This document shows, one piece after another, positions 16,281 to 24,755 of a stretch of DNA of 32,000 bases. The notes beneath the pieces were generated by a model. It saw only the letters and a program-made list of their open reading frames with translations. It made no database searches and had not been told where the DNA came from. This stretch comes from Dickeya solani IPO 2222 (GTDB lineage: Bacteria > Pseudomonadota > Gammaproteobacteria > Enterobacterales > Enterobacteriaceae), in NCBI RefSeq assembly GCF_001644705.1, contig NZ_CP015137.1, positions 3,630,001-3,662,000 on the forward strand, read 5' to 3'. Numbering within the stretch: position 1 is the stretch's first letter; every line of letters begins with the position of its first letter. The position numbers and the translations under genes are program-made.

Positions 16281-17266
16281 GCCAGCATCCCCGGCTGATG
16301 CTGCTGTCGATGGCGGGCGCACTGGCGCTGCTGGCGGTAATCGCCGCCAGCAGCGGCGCGATGCCGGTGTCATTGACGCAGTTGGTCAGCCTCCCGCTCG
16401 ACAGTATGGCGTGGCAGGTGTGGCTGTATATTCGGCTGCCGCGGGTGGTGCTGGCGTTGCTGGTGGGAATGGCGCTGGCGCTGTCCGGCGCCGGGATGCA
16501 GGGGCTGTTTCGCAATCCGCTGGCGGACCCGGTATTGCTGGGGGTCAGCAGCGGGGCGGCCGTCGGTGTGGCGCTGGCGATACTGTTTCCGCTGGCGTTG
16601 CCGACCCTGCTGGCGCTGTACCTGCCGCTGCTGGCCGCCTTTGTCGGCAGCCTGCTGATCATGCTGCTGCTGTTCTCCCTCAGCCTGTCGGGAGAACGTT
16701 CCCTGTCGCGCCTGCTGCTGGTCGGTATTGCCATCAACGCTATCGGCAGCGCCGCCACCGGCCTGCTGGCGTGGATCAGCAACGATCAGCAACTGCGTCA
16801 GCTGTCGCTGTGGGGCATGGGCAGTATGGCACAGGCGCAATGGGTGACGGTGGCGGCGGTGGCGTCGCTGGTGGTGCCGTGCGTATGGTGGCTGCAACGG
16901 CTGGCTTCGCCGCTCAATTTGCTGCAACTGGGCGATGAGGAAGCGCACTACCTTGGGGTGGATGTGCACCGCACCCGGCGTCGGATCGTCATTCTGTGCG
17001 CGGTGCTGGTGGCGGCAGCGGTGTCGGTCAGCGGGATCATCGTTTTTGTCGGCCTGATCACGCCGCACCTGATGCGGCTGCTACTGGGCGCGGATCACCG
17101 CTGGCTGTTGCCGGGTACGACGCTGGGCGGGGCGCTGTTGCTGTTGCTGGCGGATACGCTGGCCCGCACGCTGGTGGTGCCGGCGGAGATGCCGGTAGGG
17201 TTACTCACCAGCCTGGTGGGCGGACCCTGGTTTTTGTGGTTGATTCTGAGGCGGCAACATGGCTGA
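16277..17266 (+). CDS. hmuU: Haemin ABC transporter permease (FecCD family)
   Basis: 329 aa, polytopic, with FecCD-type motifs ([35 protein letters not shown]). GTGA overlap with hmuT. Confidence 0.9.
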   Translation: MSQHPRLMLLSMAGALALLAVIAASSGAMPVSLTQLVSLPLDSMAWQVWLYIRLPRVVLALLVGMALALSGAGMQGLFRNPLADPVLLGVSSGAAVGVALAILFPLALPTLLALYLPLLAAFVGSLLIMLLLFSLSLSGERSLSRLLLVGIAINAIGSAATGLLAWISNDQQLRQLSLWGMGSMAQAQWVTVAAVASLVVPCVWWLQRLASPLNLLQLGDEEAHYLGVDVHRTRRRIVILCAVLVAAAVSVSGIIVFVGLITPHLMRLLLGADHRWLLPGTTLGGALLLLLADTLARTLVVPAEMPVGLLTSLVGGPWFLWLILRRQHG

Positions 17267-18053
17267 ACCGCGTTTTGCGCCACTGGAGGCGCACCAGTTG
17301 AATTACCGGGTGGCCGCCGGTCGGACCCTGATTGACGATGTGTCGCTGACGCTGGCTCAAGGCGAACTGGTGGCGTTGATTGGGCCTAACGGCGCGGGTA
17401 AATCTACCCTGCTGCGGTTGTTGACCGGTTACCTGACCCCGCAGCGGGGCGAATGCCGGCTTGATGGCCGGGCGTTGACACGCTGGTCGCCGGGCGCGCT
17501 GTCGCGCCTGCGGGCGGTGATGCGTCAGGATAATACGCTGACTGCGCCGTTCCGCGTGGAAGAGGTGGTGGCGATGGGGCGAACCCCCTGGCGTGATACG
17601 CCGGAGCCGGACGTGGTGTCCGCGGTACTGGCGCTGACCGGCTGTGAGCACCTGCGCCAGCGGTTGTACCCGCAATTGTCCGGCGGCGAGCAGCAACGTG
17701 TCCGGCTGGCGCAGGCGCTGGCCCAGCTCTGGCGGGACGACGGCCCGCAAGGCTGGCTGTTTCTGGACGAACCCACCTCGGCGCTGGATTTGTTCTATCA
17801 GCAACGGCTGTTGCGATTGCTGAAGTCGCTGACCGACGCAGGGAAACTGGCGGTGTGCTGCGTATTGCACGATCTCAATCTGGCGTCGTTATGGGCTGAC
17901 CGGGTAGTGGTGATGCAGGGCGGCCGCAAGGTGGCGGAAGGGACGCCGACACAGGTGCTGACCGAAGCAGCGATTCAGCGCTGGTATCAGGCGGAGGTAT
18001 TGGTCAGCCCGCACGGCGACACCGGTATGCCGCAGGTGGCGCTGCGCCGTTAA
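17259..18053 (+). CDS. hmuV: Haemin ABC transporter ATPase
   Basis: Walker A GPNGAGKSTLL, signature LSGGEQQRV, Walker B FLDEPTSALD. 8-nt overlap with hmuU. Confidence 0.9.
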   Translation: MAEPRFAPLEAHQLNYRVAAGRTLIDDVSLTLAQGELVALIGPNGAGKSTLLRLLTGYLTPQRGECRLDGRALTRWSPGALSRLRAVMRQDNTLTAPFRVEEVVAMGRTPWRDTPEPDVVSAVLALTGCEHLRQRLYPQLSGGEQQRVRLAQALAQLWRDDGPQGWLFLDEPTSALDLFYQQRLLRLLKSLTDAGKLAVCCVLHDLNLASLWADRVVVMQGGRKVAEGTPTQVLTEAAIQRWYQAEVLVSPHGDTGMPQVALRR

Positions 18054-18108
18054 AGACGAGTGTGGCGCGCCGGTGAAGCGCGTCGATGAAGAAAGACGTA
18101 AAAAGTTC

Positions 18109-18127
18109 GACAATCATAATAACAACG
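18109..18127. promoter_or_regulatory. Weak Fur-box-like sequence upstream of the receptor gene
   Basis: GACAATCATAATAACAACG matches the 19-mer Fur consensus at only 11 of 19 positions. Confidence 0.3.
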
Positions 18128-18130
18128 ATC

Positions 18131-18197
18131 GTACCCGATGGATTTCGGGTTGCAGGAAAGCGGTTGACGCGCCGGTAACGCGAAGTATGACGGGTAT
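18131..18197. repeat. Internally deleted mini-ERIC (about 67 bp)
   Basis: GTACCCGATGGATTTCGGGTTGCAGGAAAGCGG resembles the ERIC left end (TATACCCAAAATAATTCGAGTTGCAGGAAGGCGG). ...CGAAGTATGACGGGTAT is the right end. The central core is missing. Confidence 0.7.
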
Positions 18198-18277
18198 GCA
18201 ACCGTAACTGATTGAATTAATACTGTTTGGCAATCCCTGAGCAAGAAGATAACGACATCCACTATTGAGGTTGCAGT

Positions 18278-20749
18278 ATGTTCTTGCACAACAAAGAAAA
18301 GCATCGCATCGGGTTAAACCGGCTCATGTTGACCGGCATATTGACCGGTCTCGCCTGCCCGACGCTGGCGGCGGACACAAACACAGCGGCATCATCGACT
18401 ACGACGCCATTACCGACCGCGACGACATCACCGACCACGACGACATCATCACCGACCACGACGGATAGAGGGACGAAAAAAGCCGCGCCGGCGGACAACA
18501 CCGCCGCTGCGTCGTCCGGCGATCAGATGACGGTGATGTCGCCGCGCGTCACCAAACCGGGCACCACCATCACCATGACCGACAGCGATATACAAAAGCA
18601 CGGAGGCAACGACTTCGGTTCTATCATGCGCTATCAGCCGCTGGTGAGCGCCACCGGCGTCAGCGGCGGTTCCGGCGCGGGTAAAAGCGGGTTCGATCGC
18701 GGCGGGTACACTGGCTACAACATCCGTGGTCTGGAGAGCAACCGGGTGGCGATCGACGTAGATGGCATCCCGCTGCCCAACGCCACCGGCCGCAGTTATG
18801 CCGGGCGTCCGGGGTTGAATACCTTCGGCATCGGCCGTGATTACATTGATCCATACATGTACGGACTGGTGAGCATCGACGCCGGCGCGACGCCGATCGA
18901 GCGCGCCAATAACGCCATCGGCGGCGCGGTGTCGTTCCGCCCCAAATCGCCCGATCAGTATTTATCGGCGCAGAAAGACCACTATGTCGGGTATCAGAGC
19001 GACTACGATTCCGCCAGCCGCAGCTGGCACAACGGCGTCACGGTCGCCGGCGGCGATCAGACCCTGCGCGGCATTGCGGTGGTCAGCCGCCGTGATGGTC
19101 AGGAGACCCGTACCAACAGCGACCGTCTGTCCGCCTATCCGCTCAACTGGCACTCGACGGCGGTGATGACCTCGGCTATCTGGCAGCCTAACGATCAGCA
19201 CCGTTTCACCGGGACGCTCGACTACTACAGCAAGACGTCGCACACCCATTACGACGGCTGGAATAACGTCGGCACCAGCATCGTCGGCACCTCGCAGCAG
19301 GACAGCGACAGCGAGCGCTGGAGCGGCAGCCTGCGCCACAACTGGACCTCCGCCACCAATGCCGGCTGGGTGGATGCGGTGGATTCCCGCCTTTACGCCC
19401 AGCGTTCCACCGCGAAAGATGACACTGACATGCCGCTGGACGACGGCAGCATGCAGAAGGTCAACTCCGACTACAACGTCAGAACCTACGGCGTCGAAAC
19501 CAGCCTGCTGAAATCCGTCGGCATGCACCAGTTCACCTGGGGCTTCAACGCCCAACAGTCCGATACCGAACGTCCGTTCCATCAGTCGCCGGCGCAGACG
19601 GGGGCTAATGTCGTCATGCAACCGGAAGCAGACAGCCGCAGTTACAGTCTGGGCGGCTTTGTGCAGGATAAGATGGAAGTCGAGCTGGCCGGCAAGACGC
19701 TGGCGATCACCCCTGGGGTACGGGTGGCGCATCAGAGCACCAAGTCGCGCAACCTGTCCAGCCTGAGCACGGGCAGCAGCGTGATCACCGCGGCTGATGT
19801 ACAGTCGCTGTACGGCAAGACCACCCGCGACACCGAAGTGCTGCCGTCGCTCAGCCTGCAGTATGAGCTGACGCCGCGTCTGAGCACCTACCTGCAGTAT
19901 CGCCGCGGCGCCCAGTTCCCGGACGCCAGTCAGCTGTACGGCTCCTGGAGTCTGGGTTCCAGCTATGCCGGCCGTGCGCAGTATGCGTTGATCGGTAACG
20001 GTAATCTGGAAACCGAAACCAGCAACAACTATGAGTGGGGGCTGAAAGGCGACGTGACCGACGGGGTGACTTTCCGCACCGCGGTGTTCTATAACGACTA
20101 CAAGAACTTTATCGCCAACACCCGTTATACCCGGGCGGCCAACCCAGAGAAATTCACCAACGTACCGTCGAATATCTACACCGCTTATCAGATGGAGAAC
20201 CGCGACAAGGCTTATATCTACGGCGCGGAATTCAGCAGCCGCGTGCAGTGGGGCACCTGGTTTGATGCGCTCGGCGGGTTCAGCACCACGCTGGCGGTCG
20301 GCTATAACGAAGGAAAATCTAAATCCCGCTATCTGGGCGACAAGTACGTCGACCTCGACAGCGTAGCGCCAGTGAAAGCGGTGGTCGGTCTGGCCTGGGA
20401 CGAAGCGAATAACCGCTACGGCGCGGCCATCACTTCGACTTTCCAGAAAGGCAAGCGCGCCACCGCCACCAACCGCCAGGGGTATAACAATACCGGCGCG
20501 GCGCTGACCGACTCGACGACCGAATACATGCGTGTGCCGGGGTACGGACTGGTGGACTTGACCGCCTACTGGCGGGTGCTGCCGAATGTGCGGCTGAGCG
20601 GCGGCGTCTATAACCTGACCGACCGTAAATACTGGGACTACCTGAGCAGCCGTCAGTTGACGCTGAGTACCGCTCAGGATGGTTACAACCGCGAACTGGC
20701 GGTGATGCCGGGACGCACCTTCCAGTTGGGCGTCAATGTCGATTTCTGA
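18278..20749 (+). CDS. TonB-dependent outer-membrane receptor, probable haem/haemoprotein receptor
   Basis: 823 aa. Signal peptide ...LACPTLAA, TonB-box-like DQMTVMSP, plug domain and a 22-strand-type barrel ending ...FQLGVNVDF. Degenerate FRAP/NPNL-like boxes (RGAQFPDASQLY ... GNGNLETE). Adjacent to hmuSTUV. Confidence 0.85.
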   Translation: MFLHNKEKHRIGLNRLMLTGILTGLACPTLAADTNTAASSTTTPLPTATTSPTTTTSSPTTTDRGTKKAAPADNTAAASSGDQMTVMSPRVTKPGTTITMTDSDIQKHGGNDFGSIMRYQPLVSATGVSGGSGAGKSGFDRGGYTGYNIRGLESNRVAIDVDGIPLPNATGRSYAGRPGLNTFGIGRDYIDPYMYGLVSIDAGATPIERANNAIGGAVSFRPKSPDQYLSAQKDHYVGYQSDYDSASRSWHNGVTVAGGDQTLRGIAVVSRRDGQETRTNSDRLSAYPLNWHSTAVMTSAIWQPNDQHRFTGTLDYYSKTSHTHYDGWNNVGTSIVGTSQQDSDSERWSGSLRHNWTSATNAGWVDAVDSRLYAQRSTAKDDTDMPLDDGSMQKVNSDYNVRTYGVETSLLKSVGMHQFTWGFNAQQSDTERPFHQSPAQTGANVVMQPEADSRSYSLGGFVQDKMEVELAGKTLAITPGVRVAHQSTKSRNLSSLSTGSSVITAADVQSLYGKTTRDTEVLPSLSLQYELTPRLSTYLQYRRGAQFPDASQLYGSWSLGSSYAGRAQYALIGNGNLETETSNNYEWGLKGDVTDGVTFRTAVFYNDYKNFIANTRYTRAANPEKFTNVPSNIYTAYQMENRDKAYIYGAEFSSRVQWGTWFDALGGFSTTLAVGYNEGKSKSRYLGDKYVDLDSVAPVKAVVGLAWDEANNRYGAAITSTFQKGKRATATNRQGYNNTGAALTDSTTEYMRVPGYGLVDLTAYWRVLPNVRLSGGVYNLTDRKYWDYLSSRQLTLSTAQDGYNRELAVMPGRTFQLGVNVDF
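18398..18463 (+). repeat. In-frame imperfect 18/21-bp tandem repeat encoding a Thr/Pro/Ser-rich N-terminal linker
   Basis: ...ACGACGCCATTACCGACCGC / GACGACATCACCGACCAC / GACGACATCATCACCGACCAC / GACGG, which translates to TTTPLPTATTSPTTTTSSPTTTD. Confidence 0.6.
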
Positions 20750-20767
20750 TCGTCACTGAGCTTTTCC

Positions 20768-20804
20768 AACGGTCTTCTGCCGGTTTGGCAGAAGACCGTT
20801 TTTC
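20768..20804 (+). terminator. Rho-independent terminator of the receptor gene
   Basis: Perfect 14-bp stem aacggtcttctgcc / ggcagaagaccgtt with a 5-nt loop, then a T-run. Confidence 0.85.
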
Positions 20805-20894
20805 CGCACGGCCTATCCTTCCTGTTTCTTCTGTGACGTTGGCTATTTCTTCAAGATTAAAATGCTGTTTTAATTTACGTGACGAATTGACGTA

Positions 20895-21166
20895 TATACC
20901 CAAAATAATTCGAGTTGCAGGACAAAACGCGTTGCGTTTTGAACAACGCAACGCGTTGGCCCTTCAGGGCAAGACTCATAATGAGTCTTGTAACGCGGCG
21001 ACACAGCGAATCCCCAGGAGCTTACTCAGGTAAGTGACTGGGGTGAGCGACAAATCTGCCAGGAGCAGATTTGAACGCAGCTCGCTGCGGCCCCGAAGGG
21101 GCGAGGCCTATGGATGGGCCGAGTAATAAAGCCAACGCACCTGCAACTTGAAGTATGACGGGTATA
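20895..21166. repeat. Expanded ERIC element (272 bp) with two internal insertions
   Basis: ERIC termini TATACCCAAAATAATTCGAGTTGCAGGA... and ...GCCAACGCACCTGCAACTTGAAGTATGACGGGTATA, with core GAATCCCCAGGAGCTTACTCAGGTAAGTGACTGGGGTGAGCGA. Two extra blocks of about 75-80 bp, each with its own hairpins. Confidence 0.85.
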
Positions 21167-21200
21167 AGCGGATAACCGCACGCTCATCAGGGAGAAAAAT

Positions 21201-22343
21201 ATGACAAAACACACAAGACTCACCACATGGGGCGGGGCGGCGGCGCTGCTGGCAACCAGCCTGTGGCCGCTGGCGTCGTCGGCTGTGATCGCGGTGTACG
21301 TATCGGCGGCGGGGGACGGGGAAATCCGCGCCTATACCTTGAATACCCAAAACGGCCAGTTGACCGCTACCGGCTCGGTGACCGCCGGTCCGCAGGTGAT
21401 GCCGATGGCGCTCAGCCCGGACAAGCGCCATCTGTACGCCGCGGTGCGCGGCAAGCCATACACGCTGGCCGGTTACGCCATCGACCGGAAGACCGGTGCG
21501 CTGAGCCCGGCCGGAACGGCGCCGCTGCCGGACAGCATGGCGTATGTCGCGACCGATCGTACCGGGCGCTGGCTGCTCAGCGCCTCCTACGGCGGTAACA
21601 AGGTGGCGGTCAGCCCGATTGCGGCCGACGGTCGCGTGAGCGCCGAGGCGGTACAGGTGCTGCCTACCGGGAAGAATGCGCACAGCATTATCACCGACCG
21701 CCAGAACCGGTTTGCGCTGGTCAGCAATCTGGGCAGCGACCAGCTGCTGCAATTCCGTTTTGATGCCAAACACGGCCAACTGATCCCTAATTCTCCGGCC
21801 GAACTGGCGCTGCCGCCGGGCAACGGACCACGTCATCTGGTGCTGTCGCCGGATAACCGCACCCTGTACGTCAGTAATGAGTTGTCCGGCAAAGTCGCGC
21901 GTCTGTCGCTGAACAAGACCACCGGCCGGCTGACGCTGAGGGATTACACCGATTCCCTCCCGGCGGATGCGGGAATGCAGCCCGGCACGGTCGACCCTAA
22001 AGCGCCGGGCATCGATAATCGCCCCAAAATCTGGAGCGCGGATTTGCGGCTGACGCCGAACGGCCGTTTCCTGTATGTTTCCGAACGCACCAGCAGCACC
22101 CTCAGCCTGCTGCGGGTTACGCCCAAGAGCGGTCAACTGCGTTATGTGACGCGCTATCCCACCGAAACCCAGCCGCGCGGTATTCAGATCGATCCCAGCG
22201 GTCGTTACCTGATCGCCAGCGGCGAAAAATCCGATCAGTTGTCGGTGTATCGCATTAATCAAACCAGCGGCGAACTGACGCTGACCGGCCGTTTCCCGAC
22301 GGGAAAAGGCGCCAACTGGATTGAAATCGTCACGCTGCCGTAA
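21201..22343 (+). CDS. Seven-bladed beta-propeller lactonase (Pgl/YbhE-like 6-phosphogluconolactonase family) with an N-terminal signal peptide
   Basis: Colinear similarity to E. coli Pgl: MALSPDKRHLYAAV, GPRHLVLSPDNRTLYVSNEL, ADLRLTPNGRFLYVSERT, PTETQPRGIQIDPSGRYLIASGEKS. An extra N-terminus, MTKHTRLTTWGGAAALLATSLWPLASSA, looks like a signal sequence. GGGAG SD sequence. Confidence 0.8.
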   Translation: MTKHTRLTTWGGAAALLATSLWPLASSAVIAVYVSAAGDGEIRAYTLNTQNGQLTATGSVTAGPQVMPMALSPDKRHLYAAVRGKPYTLAGYAIDRKTGALSPAGTAPLPDSMAYVATDRTGRWLLSASYGGNKVAVSPIAADGRVSAEAVQVLPTGKNAHSIITDRQNRFALVSNLGSDQLLQFRFDAKHGQLIPNSPAELALPPGNGPRHLVLSPDNRTLYVSNELSGKVARLSLNKTTGRLTLRDYTDSLPADAGMQPGTVDPKAPGIDNRPKIWSADLRLTPNGRFLYVSERTSSTLSLLRVTPKSGQLRYVTRYPTETQPRGIQIDPSGRYLIASGEKSDQLSVYRINQTSGELTLTGRFPTGKGANWIEIVTLP

Positions 22344-22388
22344 GCAAGACAGGGCCGCGCCGGTGAGCGGCAAAAACGCTGAGGCATG

Positions 22389-22413
22389 AGCCCCGCCCTG
22401 AACGGGCGGGGCT
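22389..22413. terminator. GC-rich hairpin between the convergent lactonase and dps genes
   Basis: Stem agccccgccc / gggcggggct with a 5-nt loop. No U-tract. Confidence 0.5.
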
Positions 22414-22435
22414 GTGATGAGACGTCAGGCCGGGG

Positions 22436-22921
22436 TTATTTCAGGTAGGCGTTGAACATCCAGATCTGTTTTTCCTGTTCTTTGATGTAATCGGTCATCA
22501 GCGACGCGGTGCCTTCATCGCTGGCGTCTGCCACCAGCGTCAGGATTTCCCGCTGTTGTTGCAGCAGCACGGCGTAACCGGCCAGCAACCCTTCCAGCGT
22601 TTTTTTGCCGTCGGTGGCGTTGACGTCTTCTTTGATGTCCGCCACGTTCAGGTAGTCGCTGTAGGCATGCAGCGGTTGTCCGCCCAGCGCCAGAATACGT
22701 TCCGCCAGTTCGTCGATTTTCAACAGTAGTTCGTTGTAGATTTCCTCAAACTTGGCGTGAAGTTCGAAAAAGGCCACACCGGAAATGTTCCAGTGATAAC
22801 CGCGCACATTCATGTAAAGAATCTGGTAGTTGGCCAGCAATGTGTTCAGTTTGGCGGCAATCTTTTCAGACTGCTGCACATCCAGGCCGATCGGGCTCTT
22901 TTTCTTTTTACTGCCTGACAT
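22436..22921 (-). CDS. dps: Dps-family ferritin-like DNA-protection protein
   Basis: 161 aa. KLNTLLANYQILYMNVRGYHWNISGVAFFELHAKFEEIYNELLLKIDELAERILALGG is a typical Dps ferroxidase region. AAGGAG SD sequence before the ATG at 22921. Confidence 0.9.
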   Translation of the reverse strand: MSGSKKKKSPIGLDVQQSEKIAAKLNTLLANYQILYMNVRGYHWNISGVAFFELHAKFEEIYNELLLKIDELAERILALGGQPLHAYSDYLNVADIKEDVNATDGKKTLEGLLAGYAVLLQQQREILTLVADASDEGTASLMTDYIKEQEKQIWMFNAYLK

Positions 22922-23181
22922 ATAACGCTCTCCTTTCTGTCAATCGCGTGTTGGTTCGCCATGAACATCAGTCCGGCATGTGCTCGTTTGCCGGGCAACG
23001 TGACGGCCTTTTCATCATAGACCAGAAACATGGACCAGAAACCACTGTCCCAACTCCACCGGGTGGACTGGTTCACCCTTTATAAAACGATTCTGTGAAT
23101 AAACGTTTGCGGCGTATCAATTTTTTGAAGCCGCGCACCTCCGGACTCCGGCGTGTGGCTACCGGATGGTGCGCGGCGGGG

Positions 23182-24075
23182 TCAGGGCAGGTGGTCCATA
23201 AACTCGCCGACCACCGCCATGCAGGCGGCGCGCTCTTCCACATGCGGCATGTGGCTGGAGTGCTTAAAGATCACCCATTCGCTGTTTCGGATGCGATCGG
23301 CGAAGGGTTGCACCACTTCGGGGGCCGCTTCATCGTATTCGCCGGATATCAGCAAGGTCGGCACATCGATGGCGTGGAGGTGCTCGATGATGCACCAGTC
23401 TTTCATGGAGCCGATGACGTGGAACTCGGTCGGCCCGTTCATGGCGTGGTAGACGGTCGGATCGTCGTCCATGGCCGCGAAGGTGCGCTTCACCTCGTCC
23501 GGCCAGGGATCAAGCCGACAAACATGGCGCTGGTAGAATACCTGACTGGCGGCGCGGTAGGCGTCGCTGTCCAGTGTGCCTGCCTGTTCGTGAGCCAGCA
23601 GCGTAGCCTGTACCTCTGGCGGCAGCGCGGCGCGCAGCCGGGCGGCGGCGGACAGCCACAGCGCCATAGAGGCGGGCGAGTTGGCAATCACCAGCCCCTG
23701 TAGCCCAGCCGGTTGCCGCACGGCGTGTTCCGCCGCCAGCATGCCGCCCCACGATTGCCCCAGTAAGGCATAGCGCTGTGCGATGCCAAGATGGCGCAGC
23801 AGGTTGTCGAGCTCATCCAGAAACAGCGCGACCTGCCAGAATCCGGCCGGCTTGTCGCGCAAATGGGTAGAGCGGCCGTTGCCGATCTGATCGTAATGGA
23901 TCACCGCCCGGCCGGTTTGGGCGAGATCGCGAAAGGCGTCCACGTAGTCGTGGGTGCAACCAGGACCGCCGTGCGCCACCACCAGCGGCGTCAGCGGCGA
24001 GGCGAGATCGCCGCAGACCCGATACCAGGTCTGGTACTCGCGAAAAGGGGCATACCCCTCACAGACGTTATACAT
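23182..24075 (-). CDS. pip: Proline iminopeptidase (alpha/beta hydrolase, PipA-like)
   Basis: [15 protein letters not shown], oxyanion HGGPG, nucleophile elbow GQSWGG, C-terminal HMPHVE. Start uncertain: ATG at 24075 (AAAGG upstream), 24093 or 24162. Confidence 0.85.
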   Translation of the reverse strand: MYNVCEGYAPFREYQTWYRVCGDLASPLTPLVVAHGGPGCTHDYVDAFRDLAQTGRAVIHYDQIGNGRSTHLRDKPAGFWQVALFLDELDNLLRHLGIAQRYALLGQSWGGMLAAEHAVRQPAGLQGLVIANSPASMALWLSAAARLRAALPPEVQATLLAHEQAGTLDSDAYRAASQVFYQRHVCRLDPWPDEVKRTFAAMDDDPTVYHAMNGPTEFHVIGSMKDWCIIEHLHAIDVPTLLISGEYDEAAPEVVQPFADRIRNSEWVIFKHSSHMPHVEERAACMAVVGEFMDHLP

Positions 24076-24402
24076 AACGCATACCTTTTTCATGATGGAC
24101 TGGCACACGCTACCGCCGACGCATGGCGGTGAATAGCTAGCAAAAATACGAGGTTGTACCATGACGGCAGGATGCGTCTAAATAACGAGGATTTGTCGAG
24201 AGGACATTATCCGTATTTCTCTGTTAATCGGAACTACATTGTTTTTCATCAATGATTTTATTATTTACCCATTGAGTATTATAGGTTTATATCCATATAT
24301 TTTTCCATTCTGATAGATTGTATTATTCATACCGGTTTATTTATCCGCACATTATCGGTTTTTATATTTATTAAAATGATATTAATGGGATTTTAGAAAA
24401 TC

Positions 24403-24738
24403 ATGCCAAATCCTTTTACGGCGTCATGGAGCCGGAACGGTAATCTTTTGTGTCACGGTCACTGGATCATTCATTATCTGGAGCGTGAGTTTGAATTACC
24501 GGAGAAATACCGTGAACAGCATCTGGCAACGCTGGGTATTTATTCGGTGATTGATCCGGATGACGAGCTCTATCGGGATGGGCTGGATGAAGATGACTGG
24601 ATTCTGGAAAACGTCGACTGGCTGGCGGACTGTTTCGAATTGCACCAGGTGCCGATTGAAGAGGATTATTTCCGCTTTTTTTATCAGGCCGTCAATCCGC
24701 ACGACTGGCGCTGCACCAGCTGCGCCGGGTGTATGTGA
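24403..24738 (+). CDS. Hypothetical very acidic 111-aa protein with N-terminal CHGH and C-terminal CTSCAGCM
   Basis: Intact ORF with enteric-like codon use (ctg, ccg, gat). By my count, 22 Asp+Glu versus 7 Arg+Lys. Lower GC than its neighbours, preceded by about 240 bp of AT-rich DNA, and no strong SD sequence. No family recognised. Confidence 0.55.
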   Translation: MPNPFTASWSRNGNLLCHGHWIIHYLEREFELPEKYREQHLATLGIYSVIDPDDELYRDGLDEDDWILENVDWLADCFELHQVPIEEDYFRFFYQAVNPHDWRCTSCAGCM

Positions 24739-24755
24739 CGGTGCAGAGACGTGCG

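Noticed and set aside
16108-17870. Several 220-230-aa ORFs in other frames or antisense across hmuU and hmuV (16108-16782, 16267-16938, 16370-17068, 17205-17870).
   Set aside because: They overlap well-supported FecCD permease and ATPase genes. Their composition (Arg/Ala/Gly/Pro/Gln runs) is typical of off-frame translation.
21108-22373. A 421-aa minus-strand ORF, longer than the 380-aa plus-strand lactonase ORF it overlaps.
   Set aside because: The plus-strand product aligns colinearly with Pgl/YbhE. The antisense product is Arg/Gly/Ala-rich with no recognisable motif, which is typical of stop-poor antisense frames in GC-rich genes.
23131-23176. A long hairpin (ccgcgcacc...ggtgcgcgg) downstream of pip, considered as its terminator.
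   Set aside because: On the pip (minus) strand the stem is followed by CTTCAAAAAATT, not a U-tract. The T-run precedes the stem on the plus strand. It may still be a structural element, but it is not a canonical intrinsic terminator.
24101-24116. TGGCAC, which resembles the -24 element of a sigma-54 promoter.
   Set aside because: No TTGC-like -12 element at the correct spacing. The sequence is on the plus strand within the possible 5' coding extension of pip, with no downstream plus-strand gene to serve.
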